This document shows positions 1-9,814 of a stretch of 64,000 nucleotides of DNA, piece after piece (within the stretch, counting starts at the first letter, position 1; each line of letters opens with the position of its first letter). Source of the stretch: Cyanobacteria bacterium P01_C01_bin.118 (lineage in GTDB: Bacteria > Cyanobacteriota > Cyanobacteriia > Phormidesmidales > Phormidesmidaceae); NCBI GenBank assembly GCA_039045805.1, contig JBCCJR010000001.1:317-64316 (forward strand). Reading direction: 5' to 3'. Made by a program: the position numbers and the translations under genes. The notes beneath the pieces were generated by a model, which saw only the letters and a program-made list of their open reading frames with translations, was not told the origin of the DNA and did no database searches.

Positions 1-2
1 AT

Positions 3-392
3 GCCCATGCGTTGTTCTTTCCCCACGGTGTGGGACATCTGTTGGGGTTAGATGTTCATGATATGGAGGATCTCGGCGATCTGGCAGGGTATGCACCAGG
101 ACGCGGTCGGAGTGATCGATTTGGTCTGGGGTTTCTTCGATTGGATCGGCCTTTACAGCCAGGTATGGTTGTGACTATTGAACCTGGGTTTTATCAGGTG
201 CCAGGGATTTTGACCGATCGAGAGAAAAGAGAACGCTACGCCACTCTGGTGAATTGGGAACGGCTTGCCCAGTTTGCTGATGTGAAAGGCATTCGCATTG
301 AGGATGATGTGTTGATTACTGAGGATGGTTGTGAGGTCATGACAGCACAGCTGCCCACTACAGCAGATTTGATTGAAAGTCTCGTTTGCTAA
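3..392 (+). CDS. Xaa-Pro aminopeptidase (M24B), 3' part only; the gene starts before the window
   Basis: M24 metal-binding motifs HGVGHLLGLDVHD, TIEPGFY and GIRIEDDVL; the frame is open to the window edge. Confidence 0.9.
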   Translation, partial: AHALFFPHGVGHLLGLDVHDMEDLGDLAGYAPGRGRSDRFGLGFLRLDRPLQPGMVVTIEPGFYQVPGILTDREKRERYATLVNWERLAQFADVKGIRIEDDVLITEDGCEVMTAQLPTTADLIESLVC

Positions 393-494
393 TGGGCCAA
401 ATTAATCACAGTGTGCAACAGTCTTAAGTTTTTTTGAACTCCCTTGGTGGGCCATCGCGTGTTATTCGTAAATTAGAGTGCCGCAAAAGAAAAA

Positions 495-1937
495 ATGCCC
501 TTAGCCCATGAAAATCTGACTCTAGTTTGGATTGTCCTGCCCTTATTTATAGGATTCAGCATTTATCTACTGCCCAAGTTAGATCGGGTACTAGCGATCG
601 CAATTTCACTAATTTCGTTCGTTTATGGTCTGTGGCATATACTCAACCCCGCACCCCTAAGTTTCCAACTATTAGATAACTTTGGCGTTAGCCTGCTGAT
701 CGACGAACTCAGCGGGTTCTTTATTTTGACCAATGCCGTGGTCACCCTGGCAGTCATTCTTTACTGCTGGCAGAGTGATAAGGGCGCTTTTTTCTACACC
801 CAGGCCATCATTTTGCACGGCAGCGTTAACGCAGTCTTTGTTAGCGCAGACTTGATTAGCGTTTATGTGGCTCTGGAGGTGATTAGCATTGCCGCATTTT
901 TGCTAATTGCCTACCCCCGTACTGACCGGTCTATTTGGGTGGGACTGCGTTATTTATTTATCAGTAATACAGCCATGCTGTTTTATCTGATCGGTGCGGT
1001 GCTGGTGTATCAAGCCAGTAATTCATTTGCATTTGCTGGTTTAGCCCAAGCCCCAACGGAGGCCATTGCCCTAATTTTTTTGGGACTGTTGACCAAAGGC
1101 GGCATTTTTGTCTCAGGCCTATGGCTGCCGCTCACCCATTCTGAATCAGAAACCCCCATCTCTGCCCTGCTATCAGGTGTTGTGGTTAAAACTGGTGTGT
1201 TTCCCCTGGTCCGGTTTTCGTTGATGGTGCCTGAGGTAGATCCTGTGGTGCGTTTATTTGGGGTGGCCACTGCGTTGTTAGGGGTGAGCTACGCTGTACT
1301 GGCTAAAGATACTAAGCGTATTCTGGCCTTTCATACGGTGTCCCAGCTTGGGTTTATCCTGGCGGCCCCGGTCGTCGGAGGCTTTTATGCCCTTACCCAT
1401 GGTTTGGTGAAATCGGCTCTGTTTCTGATTGCTGGCAACCTGCCTAGTCGCAACATCAAGGTACTCAAAGAAAAGCCGATTCCTAGATCGATTTGGATAG
1501 CTCTTGCGATCGCAAGTTTTTCAATCTCCGGTTTTCCACTGCTGGCGGGGTTTGGGGCCAAAGTACTTACCTCAAAAAATTTAGTCCCCTGGCAAGTCAT
1601 CGGCATGAACATCGCCGCCTTTGGCACCGCCGTCTCCTTTGCCAAATTTATTTTTCTACCCCATGAGCCAGTCGAAACCGATGTGAAGGCAGGCTTCTGG
1701 TCAGCCGTGATCGTCCTATTAAGCGGCCTAGTCCTAGCCAATGGCATCTACTATGAGGCCTACAGTTTAAGCAATGTAGTAAAACCCCTGCTCACCATTG
1801 CCGCCGGTTGGCTAGCCTATATTCTGATTTTCCAAAAGCTATCGATCAAACTCCCCCGTGTGGCCGAACAGTTTGACCATCTAATCGGTGCCATGAGTTT
1901 AATGTTGACTTTCCTATTTTGGATAGTCCTTGCCTGA
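495..1937 (+). CDS. Mrp/MnhD-type cation:proton antiporter subunit (proton_antipo_M family)
   Basis: Highly hydrophobic 480 aa; DLISVYVALEVIS, GLWLPLTHSESETPISALLSGVVVK and KRILAFHTVSQLG resemble MrpD/NuoM. Confidence 0.85.
   Translation: MPLAHENLTLVWIVLPLFIGFSIYLLPKLDRVLAIAISLISFVYGLWHILNPAPLSFQLLDNFGVSLLIDELSGFFILTNAVVTLAVILYCWQSDKGAFFYTQAIILHGSVNAVFVSADLISVYVALEVISIAAFLLIAYPRTDRSIWVGLRYLFISNTAMLFYLIGAVLVYQASNSFAFAGLAQAPTEAIALIFLGLLTKGGIFVSGLWLPLTHSESETPISALLSGVVVKTGVFPLVRFSLMVPEVDPVVRLFGVATALLGVSYAVLAKDTKRILAFHTVSQLGFILAAPVVGGFYALTHGLVKSALFLIAGNLPSRNIKVLKEKPIPRSIWIALAIASFSISGFPLLAGFGAKVLTSKNLVPWQVIGMNIAAFGTAVSFAKFIFLPHEPVETDVKAGFWSAVIVLLSGLVLANGIYYEAYSLSNVVKPLLTIAAGWLAYILIFQKLSIKLPRVAEQFDHLIGAMSLMLTFLFWIVLA
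594..601. repeat. HIP1 octamer GCGATCGC (one example; recurs across the window, e.g. 1506, 6390, 11476, 36666)
   Basis: The palindrome GCGATCGC is seen many times; it is a hallmark of cyanobacterial genomes. Confidence 0.9.
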
Positions 1938-1945
1938 TAGCTCCT

Positions 1946-1966
1946 AATTCCGACTTCCAAATTCCG
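1946..1966. repeat. Heptamer repeat (family B, GAATTCG/GAAGTCG type)
   Basis: AATTCCGACTTCCAAATTCCG between convergent genes; same units as 9667-9714, 19944-20000 and 23327-23400. Confidence 0.6.
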
Positions 1967-2000
1967 TAGGGCTTTGCCCTTCTCGCAGAGTACTCAAAAA

Positions 2001-3341
2001 CTACCGCATAGTCACAAACTCTTCTGCCGAGCTTGGATGAATTCCCACAGTGGCATCAAACTCAGCTTTAGTAGCGCCCATATTCACAGCAATCGCCACA
2101 CCTTGAATAATCTCAGCGGCGGCATCTCCCACCATATGTGCCCCCAGGACCTTATCGGTTTGGAGATGCACAATCAGCTTCATCAACGTTTTCTCTTCTA
2201 GCTTAGGCAGGGTGTAATACATCGGTCTAAATCGAGAGCGGTAAACCTTAATGGCGGCTTCACCGTACTTGTCGATGGCCTCGGTTTCGGTCATACCTAC
2301 GGTGGCCACTTCAGGGGTGGTAAACACAGCGGAGGGAACATTGTTATGGTTCATCACTCGACGTTTGCCACCATAGTGGGTGTCGGCAAAGGCACGGCCT
2401 TCATTAATGGCAACCGGAGTCAGATTAATCCGGTCGGTGCAGTCCCCAACAGCAAAAATATTTGACTCTGCCGTCTGACTGTGAGCATCGACCACAATGG
2501 CTCCATTTTGCACTTCAACCCGAGTATTTTCTAATCCCAGATTGTCCAGACGAGGACTGCGCCCCAGGGCGGAGAGACCAACGACATCGGCCAGGACCAT
2601 GTTGTTGTTTTTAAGGTTAACCTGCAGTCCTGCATCGGTTTTTTCCAGGCTGACTAATTCATCGGTGATGAGGCGAATACCATGACGCTGCATAGCATCC
2701 TGTACTTCGGTGCGAATGTCCTCGTCAAAGCCCCGTAGAATCTTGTCACGACGAATAATCTGGGTGACTTCTGTACCCAGGGCATTGAGCACACAGGCAA
2801 ACTCACAGCCGATATATCCCCCTCCAAAAATCACCATCCGTTTTGGCTGTTGGGTCAGGTGAAAAATCTCATCGGAGGTAATCGCCAGCTCGATGCCTGG
2901 AATCTCAGGTCTACGCGGTTTGCCACCAACGGCAATCAGAATCTTTTCAGCGGTGACAGTCTGCCCAGCGACTTCGACTGTGTGAGCATCAACAATACGG
3001 GCATGCCCCTTGTACAGAGTGACCTCTGCATTGTCGATCATGCGTTGATAGATGGCGTTTAACCGGGTGACCTCATCATTGACGGCCTGGATCATCTTGC
3101 TCCAATCAAACTGCCCAGGCTCAAAGGTCCAGCCATAGCCAGCGGCTTCTACAGCGTGGCTGGCAAAGTGAGAGGCATAGACCATCAGCTTTTTAGGAAC
3201 ACAGCCACGGTTAACGCAGGTACCCCCTAAGCGGTCAAATTCGGCAACGGCTACTTTCGCACCATATTGGGCTGCCCGTCTAGCAGTAGCGATACCGCCT
3301 GAACCGGCACCGATGGCAAACAGGTTAAAATCGTAGGCCAT
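2001..3341 (-). CDS. gor: Glutathione-disulfide reductase
   Basis: GAGSGG FAD motif, GGTCVNRGCVPKK redox disulfide, GGGYIG NADPH motif, C-terminal HPSSAEE. Confidence 0.95.
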   Translation of the reverse strand: MAYDFNLFAIGAGSGGIATARRAAQYGAKVAVAEFDRLGGTCVNRGCVPKKLMVYASHFASHAVEAAGYGWTFEPGQFDWSKMIQAVNDEVTRLNAIYQRMIDNAEVTLYKGHARIVDAHTVEVAGQTVTAEKILIAVGGKPRRPEIPGIELAITSDEIFHLTQQPKRMVIFGGGYIGCEFACVLNALGTEVTQIIRRDKILRGFDEDIRTEVQDAMQRHGIRLITDELVSLEKTDAGLQVNLKNNNMVLADVVGLSALGRSPRLDNLGLENTRVEVQNGAIVVDAHSQTAESNIFAVGDCTDRINLTPVAINEGRAFADTHYGGKRRVMNHNNVPSAVFTTPEVATVGMTETEAIDKYGEAAIKVYRSRFRPMYYTLPKLEEKTLMKLIVHLQTDKVLGAHMVGDAAAEIIQGVAIAVNMGATKAEFDATVGIHPSSAEEFVTMR

Positions 3342-3518
3342 CTCAATCTCCCTATACCCTCATAAACCTTGCCCATATCCAGACTCGTTGTGTCACCATA
3401 TCGGCAACCGGTTAACAACAACTTGGCAGGGCTAATAGCCCATCTATCCTAGCTCTCGTCCAGCCGTTCGACCGTATTTCTATCGCGCCCGTCACAATCC
3501 AATTTGATTTGGCAGTGC

Positions 3519-4910
3519 CTAACGGCTGACAAGTTTTTTGATCTGAGCCAGCTTTGAGGGCTTATAGGGGGCATAGCGCCAGTCCAGGTCAAACCAAAAG
3601 GTCTTTTTGAGAACGCTTTTGTAATGGGAAAAGGTATCAAAGGACGCCTTGCCATGGTAATTACCCATGCCGCTTTGACCCACTCCGCCAAAGGGAAGTC
3701 CCGGTACCCCTACATGCAGGATGGTGTCGTTGAGGCAAACACCGCCGGACGAGGTTTCTGTAAGCACCTGTTGCTGCTTGGCCTGGTCGCGAGAAAATAG
3801 GTATAGAGCCAGAGGTTTTGGTCTCGCATTGATTTGAGCTAGGGCCTGGTCAAACCGTTCATAGACGAGTAAAGGTAAAATTGGGCCAAAAATTTCGTCC
3901 TGCATCACCGGTGACTCCCAGGTGACGTTATCTATGATGGTGGGGGCAATATAGCGGCTATCGGCGTCAGTTTGCCCCCCGACGAGAACGGTCCCGTTCT
4001 TGAGCAGTTCTGTCAGCCGGTCAAACTGTCGCTGGTTAATGATGCGGCTAAAATCAGGACTCTGGGACGGCTCGTCGCCAAAGAATTCGTGAATGGCGGC
4101 GGTCAGTTTTTCTAGAAAGGTGTCTTTGATGGTGTGGTGCAGCAACAGATAGTCGGGGGCAATGCAAGTTTGGCCCGCATTGATAAATTTGCCCCAAACG
4201 ATGCGTTTGGCGGCGTGGTCCAGGTTGACGTCTGTATCAACGATGCAGGGACTTTTACCTCCCAGCTCCAGGGTGACAGGGGTGAGATGTTTGGCCGCGG
4301 CTTCCATGATGATGCGACCAATGGTGGTGCCGCCGGTAAAAAAGATGTGGTCAAACTTTTCTGCCAGTAGCTGCTGGCTGACGCTGGCATCTCCTTGAAA
4401 GACGGTAATGTAGCTGGGGTCAAATGTGTTGGTGACTAAATCCGTGACCACTTGGGCGGTGTTTGGAGCATGTTCTGAGGGTTTAAGGATGGCACAATTA
4501 CCGGCTGCGATCGCACCCACCAACGGCGCTATCATCAGCTGAAATGGATAGTTCCATGGCCCAATAATCAAAACCACTCCCAGGGGATCGGGCTGTACCC
4601 AGGCCGATGACGGAAAATTCTCCAGCGTGGACTTGACCCGTTTGGGCTTCATCCAGGTCTTGAGTTTTTCCAGCGCTAAGTTGATCTCCGACAGGGTACT
4701 AATTTCAAAATAGGCTTCAAATTCAGGTCGGCCTAGGTCCGCCTTTAACGCTGCTATAATCTCTGCCTGTCGATCGACAATGGCCTGTTTAAGCTTGGTC
4801 AGCTGGGCCAAACGAAAGTCAAGCGGTTTTGTTTGACCTGACGCAAAAAACGTCCGCTGTTGAGCCAGCGCATCAGGAATGGGGAGAGATTTAGTCAGCT
4901 GAGCCGTCAT
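3519..4910 (-). CDS. NAD(P)-dependent aldehyde dehydrogenase (ALDH3/fatty-aldehyde type)
   Basis: PWNYP, LKPSE, FTGG, TLELGGKSP, NAGQTC (catalytic Cys), DEIFGP, PFGGVGQSG. Confidence 0.93.
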   Translation of the reverse strand: MTAQLTKSLPIPDALAQQRTFFASGQTKPLDFRLAQLTKLKQAIVDRQAEIIAALKADLGRPEFEAYFEISTLSEINLALEKLKTWMKPKRVKSTLENFPSSAWVQPDPLGVVLIIGPWNYPFQLMIAPLVGAIAAGNCAILKPSEHAPNTAQVVTDLVTNTFDPSYITVFQGDASVSQQLLAEKFDHIFFTGGTTIGRIIMEAAAKHLTPVTLELGGKSPCIVDTDVNLDHAAKRIVWGKFINAGQTCIAPDYLLLHHTIKDTFLEKLTAAIHEFFGDEPSQSPDFSRIINQRQFDRLTELLKNGTVLVGGQTDADSRYIAPTIIDNVTWESPVMQDEIFGPILPLLVYERFDQALAQINARPKPLALYLFSRDQAKQQQVLTETSSGGVCLNDTILHVGVPGLPFGGVGQSGMGNYHGKASFDTFSHYKSVLKKTFWFDLDWRYAPYKPSKLAQIKKLVSR

Positions 4911-4993
4911 GGTGCAATCTGGTGAAGGTAGATTGGTAGCAGATATACACTCTATGATGTCGCGAACTTCGGGATCTGACTAGATCTTTCAAA

Positions 4994-5114
4994 TTTTGAA
5001 TGGTGGAATGGTGGGCCGTGCCTTTTGAATGGTGGGCCATGCCTTTTGAATGGTGGGCCATGCCCACCCTCCCATTGCCCATTGCCCGGCCTTTAGGCCC
5101 TGCCCATTGCCCAT
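4994..5114. repeat. REP-like cluster: 21-bp tandem units ending in the palindrome GGTGGGC-CAT-GCCCACC, followed by CCCATTG heptamers
   Basis: TTTTGAATGGTGGGCCATGCC at 5023-5043 and 5044-5064, a variant at 5006-5022, then CCCATTGCCCATTGCCC. Confidence 0.8.
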
Positions 5115-5132
5115 ATCTAGGAGGAACACCAT

Positions 5133-6488
5133 TTGACCCAATCCCCCATGTTTCAAACCACCCGACGGCGGTTGGCACTGTGGTACACCGCTGTAACAGC
5201 TATTTTGTTGCTGATTTTTGCCAGCGGTGTTTATTTTTATGTGCGCAATACCCTGGTGGAGCGTGTGGATGACACGTTAAACCATGTGGTGGAGGTGGTG
5301 CAGCGTTCGTTAGTGATCGAAGCAGCGGCACCGTCAACGGGGCGGGTGCTGACGGCAACCGGTGTGGAGGGTCGGGCACCGTTGCGGGTGAATGTGGATG
5401 ATAGTTTTCGCGATAATGCCCAAAGCCTAGAGGACGACCACATCGATATTGAGTGGTTTGATCCCAATGGTCAGCTGCAATGGAGCACCCTGTCGGTGCC
5501 GATAGGATTACCGCTCCATGTCAATACGGCTGGAACAACGGTACATATACGCCATAGTTCTGGCAACTCTGAGAATAGCCAGGAAACTGACCAGGTACTA
5601 CGTCAGATCAGTCGGCGGGTGCAACTTAATAATCAGGTTCTGGGTTATCTGCGTGTGAGTCATCCCTGGTTTGAGGTGAGTAAACCCAGCCGTCAGCTGG
5701 TGATTGATCTCAGCCTCTGGTCGGGGCTAGCTATTTTGGCTACGGGGACCATTGGTTGGCTGTTGTCGGGGTTGGCCATAATGCCTGTACGTCAGTCCTA
5801 TCAGCAGCTTAAACAGTTTACGGCTGATGCATCCCATGAGCTGAGAAACCCCATTGCCGTGATCCAAACCAATGTGCAGGTGGCCCTGGCTGACCCGGAA
5901 CCCGATGTGGATTTTCAGCACAGCCAGCTCCAGGTGGTAGAACGGCTAACCCGACGTCTGGGACGACTGGTGGACAATCTTTTATTTTTAGCGCGTCAGG
6001 ATGGGGGACTGATCCCCATGCAGTGGGAGGAGCTAGACCTCCATAAACTGCTGCTGGAAGTGATTGAAGAACAGGAGCTGGTGGCCCATAGTCGGAGATT
6101 AAAGATGCTGTGCACAGTCTCGACCTGCCCGCAGATCAAGGGGGATCGCGACCAGCTGGTACGGTTATTTACTAACCTGATTAGCAATGCTATCCAGTAC
6201 ACCCCTGCTGGGACCGTCACTGTGACCCTGGATCATACCCAATGGCAAAATCAAAATGCCTGTCAGGTGACGGTCAAAGATACCGGTATCGGCATTTCTA
6301 AGGAGCTGCAGTCCCAGGTGTTTGATCGGTTTTACCGGGTGGATAAGGCCCGCAGCCATCGAGATGGGTCCGGGTCTGGATTGGGGTTAGCGATCGCAAA
6401 AGCCATCACCCTAAATCACCAGGGCCATATCCAACTAGAAAGCCAGCCTGAGCAGGGAACAACAGTGACAGCCATATTGCCCTACTAG
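5133..6488 (+). CDS. Membrane sensor histidine kinase (ManS/Hik27-like); alternative start ATG at 5148
   Basis: Two TM helices, H-box FTADASHELRNP, N-box NLISNAIQY, DTGIGI, FDRFYRVD, GSGLGLAI; AGGAGG precedes TTG 5133; ManS likeness is from recall of the N-terminus. Confidence 0.88.
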   Translation: MTQSPMFQTTRRRLALWYTAVTAILLLIFASGVYFYVRNTLVERVDDTLNHVVEVVQRSLVIEAAAPSTGRVLTATGVEGRAPLRVNVDDSFRDNAQSLEDDHIDIEWFDPNGQLQWSTLSVPIGLPLHVNTAGTTVHIRHSSGNSENSQETDQVLRQISRRVQLNNQVLGYLRVSHPWFEVSKPSRQLVIDLSLWSGLAILATGTIGWLLSGLAIMPVRQSYQQLKQFTADASHELRNPIAVIQTNVQVALADPEPDVDFQHSQLQVVERLTRRLGRLVDNLLFLARQDGGLIPMQWEELDLHKLLLEVIEEQELVAHSRRLKMLCTVSTCPQIKGDRDQLVRLFTNLISNAIQYTPAGTVTVTLDHTQWQNQNACQVTVKDTGIGISKELQSQVFDRFYRVDKARSHRDGSGSGLGLAIAKAITLNHQGHIQLESQPEQGTTVTAILPY

Positions 6489-6534
6489 TCTCCCCATAAG
6501 AGCCATACGATATTCAAACTTCAGTTGTAAAAAC

Positions 6535-7329
6535 TTAAGGGGATAAACTAGCTAGTTCGCTTTCAACCGGTTTGAAGGTTTTTTCAACCACTGTCCCTGA
6601 CTTACCCATGGGTGTTGCCTTGCCCTGGTTATAGGCAATCACCACACCGCCTGCATTACCAGCACGAATGGTTAGCGATTCTTGCGCCGTCCAGGAACGC
6701 TCTATCCCTTCCTGCAATATGCCTTCATAAGCTTCATCACCATCAGCCGTCACCCGGACCCACGACTGTTGGACAAACTCTACGTCTACGACAATGGGTT
6801 CCTTAGGGGCCGACTTAACATCAGGTTCAGCAGCCTGGTCTGCAGCGGCAGGAGGCGTAGGGACACGACGGGGGGCTAGCTGCTCAACAACGGCGGGATC
6901 CACAATCGGCTCGGCTGCATTTTGGGGAATGGCTCGCTGCATCAGATACGACAAGCCACTCACTGAAACGGCAATCAAAGCCACATAAGCACCGTACAAA
7001 TGATAGGGGCGTAGCTGCACAGACTCAGCAGACCAACTGCGTCCGGTTCCTTTAAAGGTGGGGAGTGCCACATACTGAGCGGATAGCGCTTTGCCATCTA
7101 AACCCAAAACATCACCATAGCGTCTGATTAAACCCTGCACATAAACAGGTTCAGGTAGTTCGCTGGTGCGCCCCTCTTCAAGCGCAATTAGCAATCTGGG
7201 ACGGACCAATACCTTACTAGCGACTTCATCTAGGGTTTGACCGTTGGCTTCGCGAGCATCACGCAGCACAGTACCAAGAGCAACCAATTGCTCCTGCTGC
7301 TGATTACCGGTGTTGCCTTGGCGTTTCAT
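6535..7329 (-). CDS. RodZ-family protein (HTH_25, TM helix, DUF4115)
   Basis: LRDARE...LIALEEG...LPEPVYVQGLIRRYGDVLGLD HTH, one TM, C-terminal SWVRV...IRAGNAGGV. Confidence 0.88.
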   Translation of the reverse strand: MKRQGNTGNQQQEQLVALGTVLRDAREANGQTLDEVASKVLVRPRLLIALEEGRTSELPEPVYVQGLIRRYGDVLGLDGKALSAQYVALPTFKGTGRSWSAESVQLRPYHLYGAYVALIAVSVSGLSYLMQRAIPQNAAEPIVDPAVVEQLAPRRVPTPPAAADQAAEPDVKSAPKEPIVVDVEFVQQSWVRVTADGDEAYEGILQEGIERSWTAQESLTIRAGNAGGVVIAYNQGKATPMGKSGTVVEKTFKPVESELASLSP

Positions 7330-7403
7330 AGTTTGAAAATCTTTCTTAATAATTTAAGCATATCGCTGACGTGATTCAGGCATACAAAGCTTGAAAGTCT
7401 CTG

Positions 7404-8150
7404 TCAGAGAAGAGCCAAGAGTTTTTTCATTTCCTTTGGCATTAATTCTCGGCAGTGACCCAAGGGCAGATCTCCAAGACGGATGCTATCAATGGCACTG
7501 CGATGCAAACTGACCACAGGATGCCCCAGCTGTTCAGCAACGCGACGAATCTGCCGATTGCGCCCCTCATGCAAAACAATCTCTAAGAGGGCAGGGGATT
7601 TGGGGTGTAGCACCTTGACCTGAGCTGGAGCGGTCATTTTTCCCTGCAAATTTACACCCCGTCGCCATTGCTCTAATAAATGCGCTGCAGGGGAACCCTG
7701 AACACGAACTCGATAGGTTTTGGCTATGTGGTGACTGGGATGGGTGAGGGTTTGGGTAAGTTGACCGTGGTTGGTCAACAACAGTGCCCCTGTTGAATCT
7801 GTATCCAACCGCCCCACGGGATGTAGACGAATATCACCTTGACGGAATTTTTCAGGCAGCAGGTCAATGACCGTTTGGCGTCCCTGGGGATCATCACAGG
7901 TAGAGACCACACCCCTGGGCTTATTCAGCAATAGGTACCGTTTGTCTGGGCGATTGTTTAACTTGATGGGGCGACCGTCGATGCGAATATCATCTACGGC
8001 AGGGTTAGCCCGTTGACCAATATGGGCCTTAACGCCATTGACAGTAATGTGCCCGGTAGAAATTAGCAGCTCTGACTGACGTCTTGAGGCTATTCCCCAC
8101 TGAGACAAAAGCTTTTGCAGTTTTTCATCGGACGAGGCTGGCTGGGACAA
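7404..8150 (-). CDS. rRNA pseudouridine synthase (RsuA/RluB family)
   Basis: S4 domain, LNKPRG, VGRLDTDSTGALLLTN (catalytic Asp), EGRNRQIRR. Confidence 0.93.
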   Translation of the reverse strand: MSQPASSDEKLQKLLSQWGIASRRQSELLISTGHITVNGVKAHIGQRANPAVDDIRIDGRPIKLNNRPDKRYLLLNKPRGVVSTCDDPQGRQTVIDLLPEKFRQGDIRLHPVGRLDTDSTGALLLTNHGQLTQTLTHPSHHIAKTYRVRVQGSPAAHLLEQWRRGVNLQGKMTAPAQVKVLHPKSPALLEIVLHEGRNRQIRRVAEQLGHPVVSLHRSAIDSIRLGDLPLGHCRELMPKEMKKLLALL

Positions 8151-8342
8151 TGGGGGTTAAAACAATGGATTCAAACAACGGACAAAATATATTTCCTGAA
8201 GATAAACCTGGAAATAAATACTACAGCACTTTTTTGCGGATGTGTATAAATTCGGCTTAGTTTCAATCAATATCCCTAGTGTAGCTCAGTAATATTGCGG
8301 AGTTTGCTGATGGTTGGATACTTAGGTCTAGCAGATACGGAC

Positions 8343-9605
8343 TCAATGGGAATCGTTAGAGGTTAGGGGGAGCCAAACCTGTAGCCAGGCCCCACCGGTC
8401 TCAGGATGGTTTTTGGCCTGGATTGAGCCTTGATGAGATGCCACAATCTTTTGGACGATAGAGAGTCCCAATCCTGTTCCATTGGTCATATCGCCAGAGC
8501 GGGTGCGGGAGGTATCTGAGCGGTAAAAACGATCAAATATATGGGGCAAGTCTTTGTTTAGAAATCCCTTACCACAATCAAAAACGTCTAAAGCCATGCC
8601 GGGGGTTTCACCGCGATGTAATGGTTTAAGGTGAGCATGGATGCCTTGCCCAGGAGGGCTGTACTTGAGAGCATTGTCCAACAGGTTGATGATCATCCGA
8701 TGGATCAGACCACTATTAACAAATGCGATCGCGCTATCTGGTCCTTGATAATCCAAATAATTGTCCTGTACCTTGGCCTGGGGCTCTAAACTTTGCCAGG
8801 CCTGGCGCAAAATTCCCACCAGATCTGTCTCTTCTAGCCGTTGTGAATGGTTTTGTTCTAGATGGCTAAGGCTGAGCATATCATCGACCAAATCACTCAG
8901 ACGATTCACTTCCCGCAGCAGACGATCCGCCCAAGTCGTCAGGCTGGGATCAATGCGGTTCAGCAGGGTTTCTCCCACCAGTCGAATAGAGGTCAGCGGT
9001 GTCTTGAGCTCGTGGGCTACATCGGAGGTCCACCGATCCCGCTGCTGAGCCAGCATAACGGCCTCCTGACGATTTTCTAAAAATACCGCCACATGCCCCT
9101 GACTCAAGGGAATACCGTAGCCGCTAAGGGGATAGACCGGCCCCTCCAAGACATTGACAGGATCGGGGGAAATCGACCGCAATGTCCAATCTTTTTTACA
9201 CTCAGCTTTGGTGGTGCGGGTCTCGTCAATCAGCTGGTCGAGTTCGTAGGAACGTGCGATCGCCAACAGCAATTTAGGCGTCGCATAATCGATTTGTCCA
9301 ATACCTAAAAGCGCTCTGGCCTTAGGATTACACCAAAGCAATCGATTTTCTTCATCGACCTTTAAATATCCCAAGGGTGAAGCCTGCAATACTCGATTTG
9401 CCTCATCCAATTCGGCCTGTAAATCACTAACTGTAGTATTCTGGCTGGCCATCGCACTGGCGATCTGGGCCTCATAGGAAAAAGATTGGGTAGTTGGCTG
9501 GATTCGAATCCGTTCAAACAGCGCTTTACGCCTGGCACCAGAACGTCGCCAGGAAACCAAAAGACATACTATTCCGATGGATAAACCTGCCAAAAAAGAA
9601 AGCAC
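8343..9605 (-). CDS. PAS-containing sensor histidine kinase, SphS/PhoR-like
   Basis: N-terminal hydrophobic stretch, PAS-like PLGYLKVDEENRLLWCN, H-box SDVAHELKTPLTSIR, NLLDNALKYSP, GTGLGLSIV. Confidence 0.85.
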   Translation of the reverse strand: MLSFLAGLSIGIVCLLVSWRRSGARRKALFERIRIQPTTQSFSYEAQIASAMASQNTTVSDLQAELDEANRVLQASPLGYLKVDEENRLLWCNPKARALLGIGQIDYATPKLLLAIARSYELDQLIDETRTTKAECKKDWTLRSISPDPVNVLEGPVYPLSGYGIPLSQGHVAVFLENRQEAVMLAQQRDRWTSDVAHELKTPLTSIRLVGETLLNRIDPSLTTWADRLLREVNRLSDLVDDMLSLSHLEQNHSQRLEETDLVGILRQAWQSLEPQAKVQDNYLDYQGPDSAIAFVNSGLIHRMIINLLDNALKYSPPGQGIHAHLKPLHRGETPGMALDVFDCGKGFLNKDLPHIFDRFYRSDTSRTRSGDMTNGTGLGLSIVQKIVASHQGSIQAKNHPETGGAWLQVWLPLTSNDSH

Positions 9606-9666
9606 GGCATAGTAGATTCACTGCTCCAAGAATAACCTAGGGGTGGAATCGATTAGGAATAGACGT

Positions 9667-9714
9667 TTGGGAGTTCGGGGTTCGGGGTTCAGAATTTGGA
9701 GTTCGGAATTCGGA
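9667..9714. repeat. Tandem heptamer repeat (family B)
   Basis: GAGTTCG GGGTTCG GGGTTCA GAATTTG GAGTTCG GAATTCG. Confidence 0.8.
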
Positions 9715-9721
9715 GGACTGC

Positions 9722-9751
9722 AAAAAAAAGCTCTTTCCAAAGAAAGAGCTT
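9722..9751 (-). terminator. Intrinsic terminator of the DUF4278 transcript
   Basis: Minus strand reads AGCTCTTTC-TTTG-GAAAGAGC followed by a T8 run. Confidence 0.85.
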
Positions 9752-9814
9752 AAGACATAAAGACAAAGTGAATGGAATAGTCAGGATAATCAAATACACC
9801 CTTGAGCTAGAACA

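Noticed and set aside
4994-5070. Possible CRISPR array (21-bp repeats)
   Set aside because: The units are directly adjacent with no unique spacers, and there are no cas genes; it is a REP-derived tandem repeat
4891-5272. Track ORFs with repeated peptides (FEWWAMP; GMAHHSK)
   Set aside because: They are translations of the 21-bp DNA repeat and overlap real genes
8279-8340. GTGTAGCTCAGT resembling a tRNA 5' end
   Set aside because: No T-loop GTTC motif, acceptor-stem complement or cloverleaf follows
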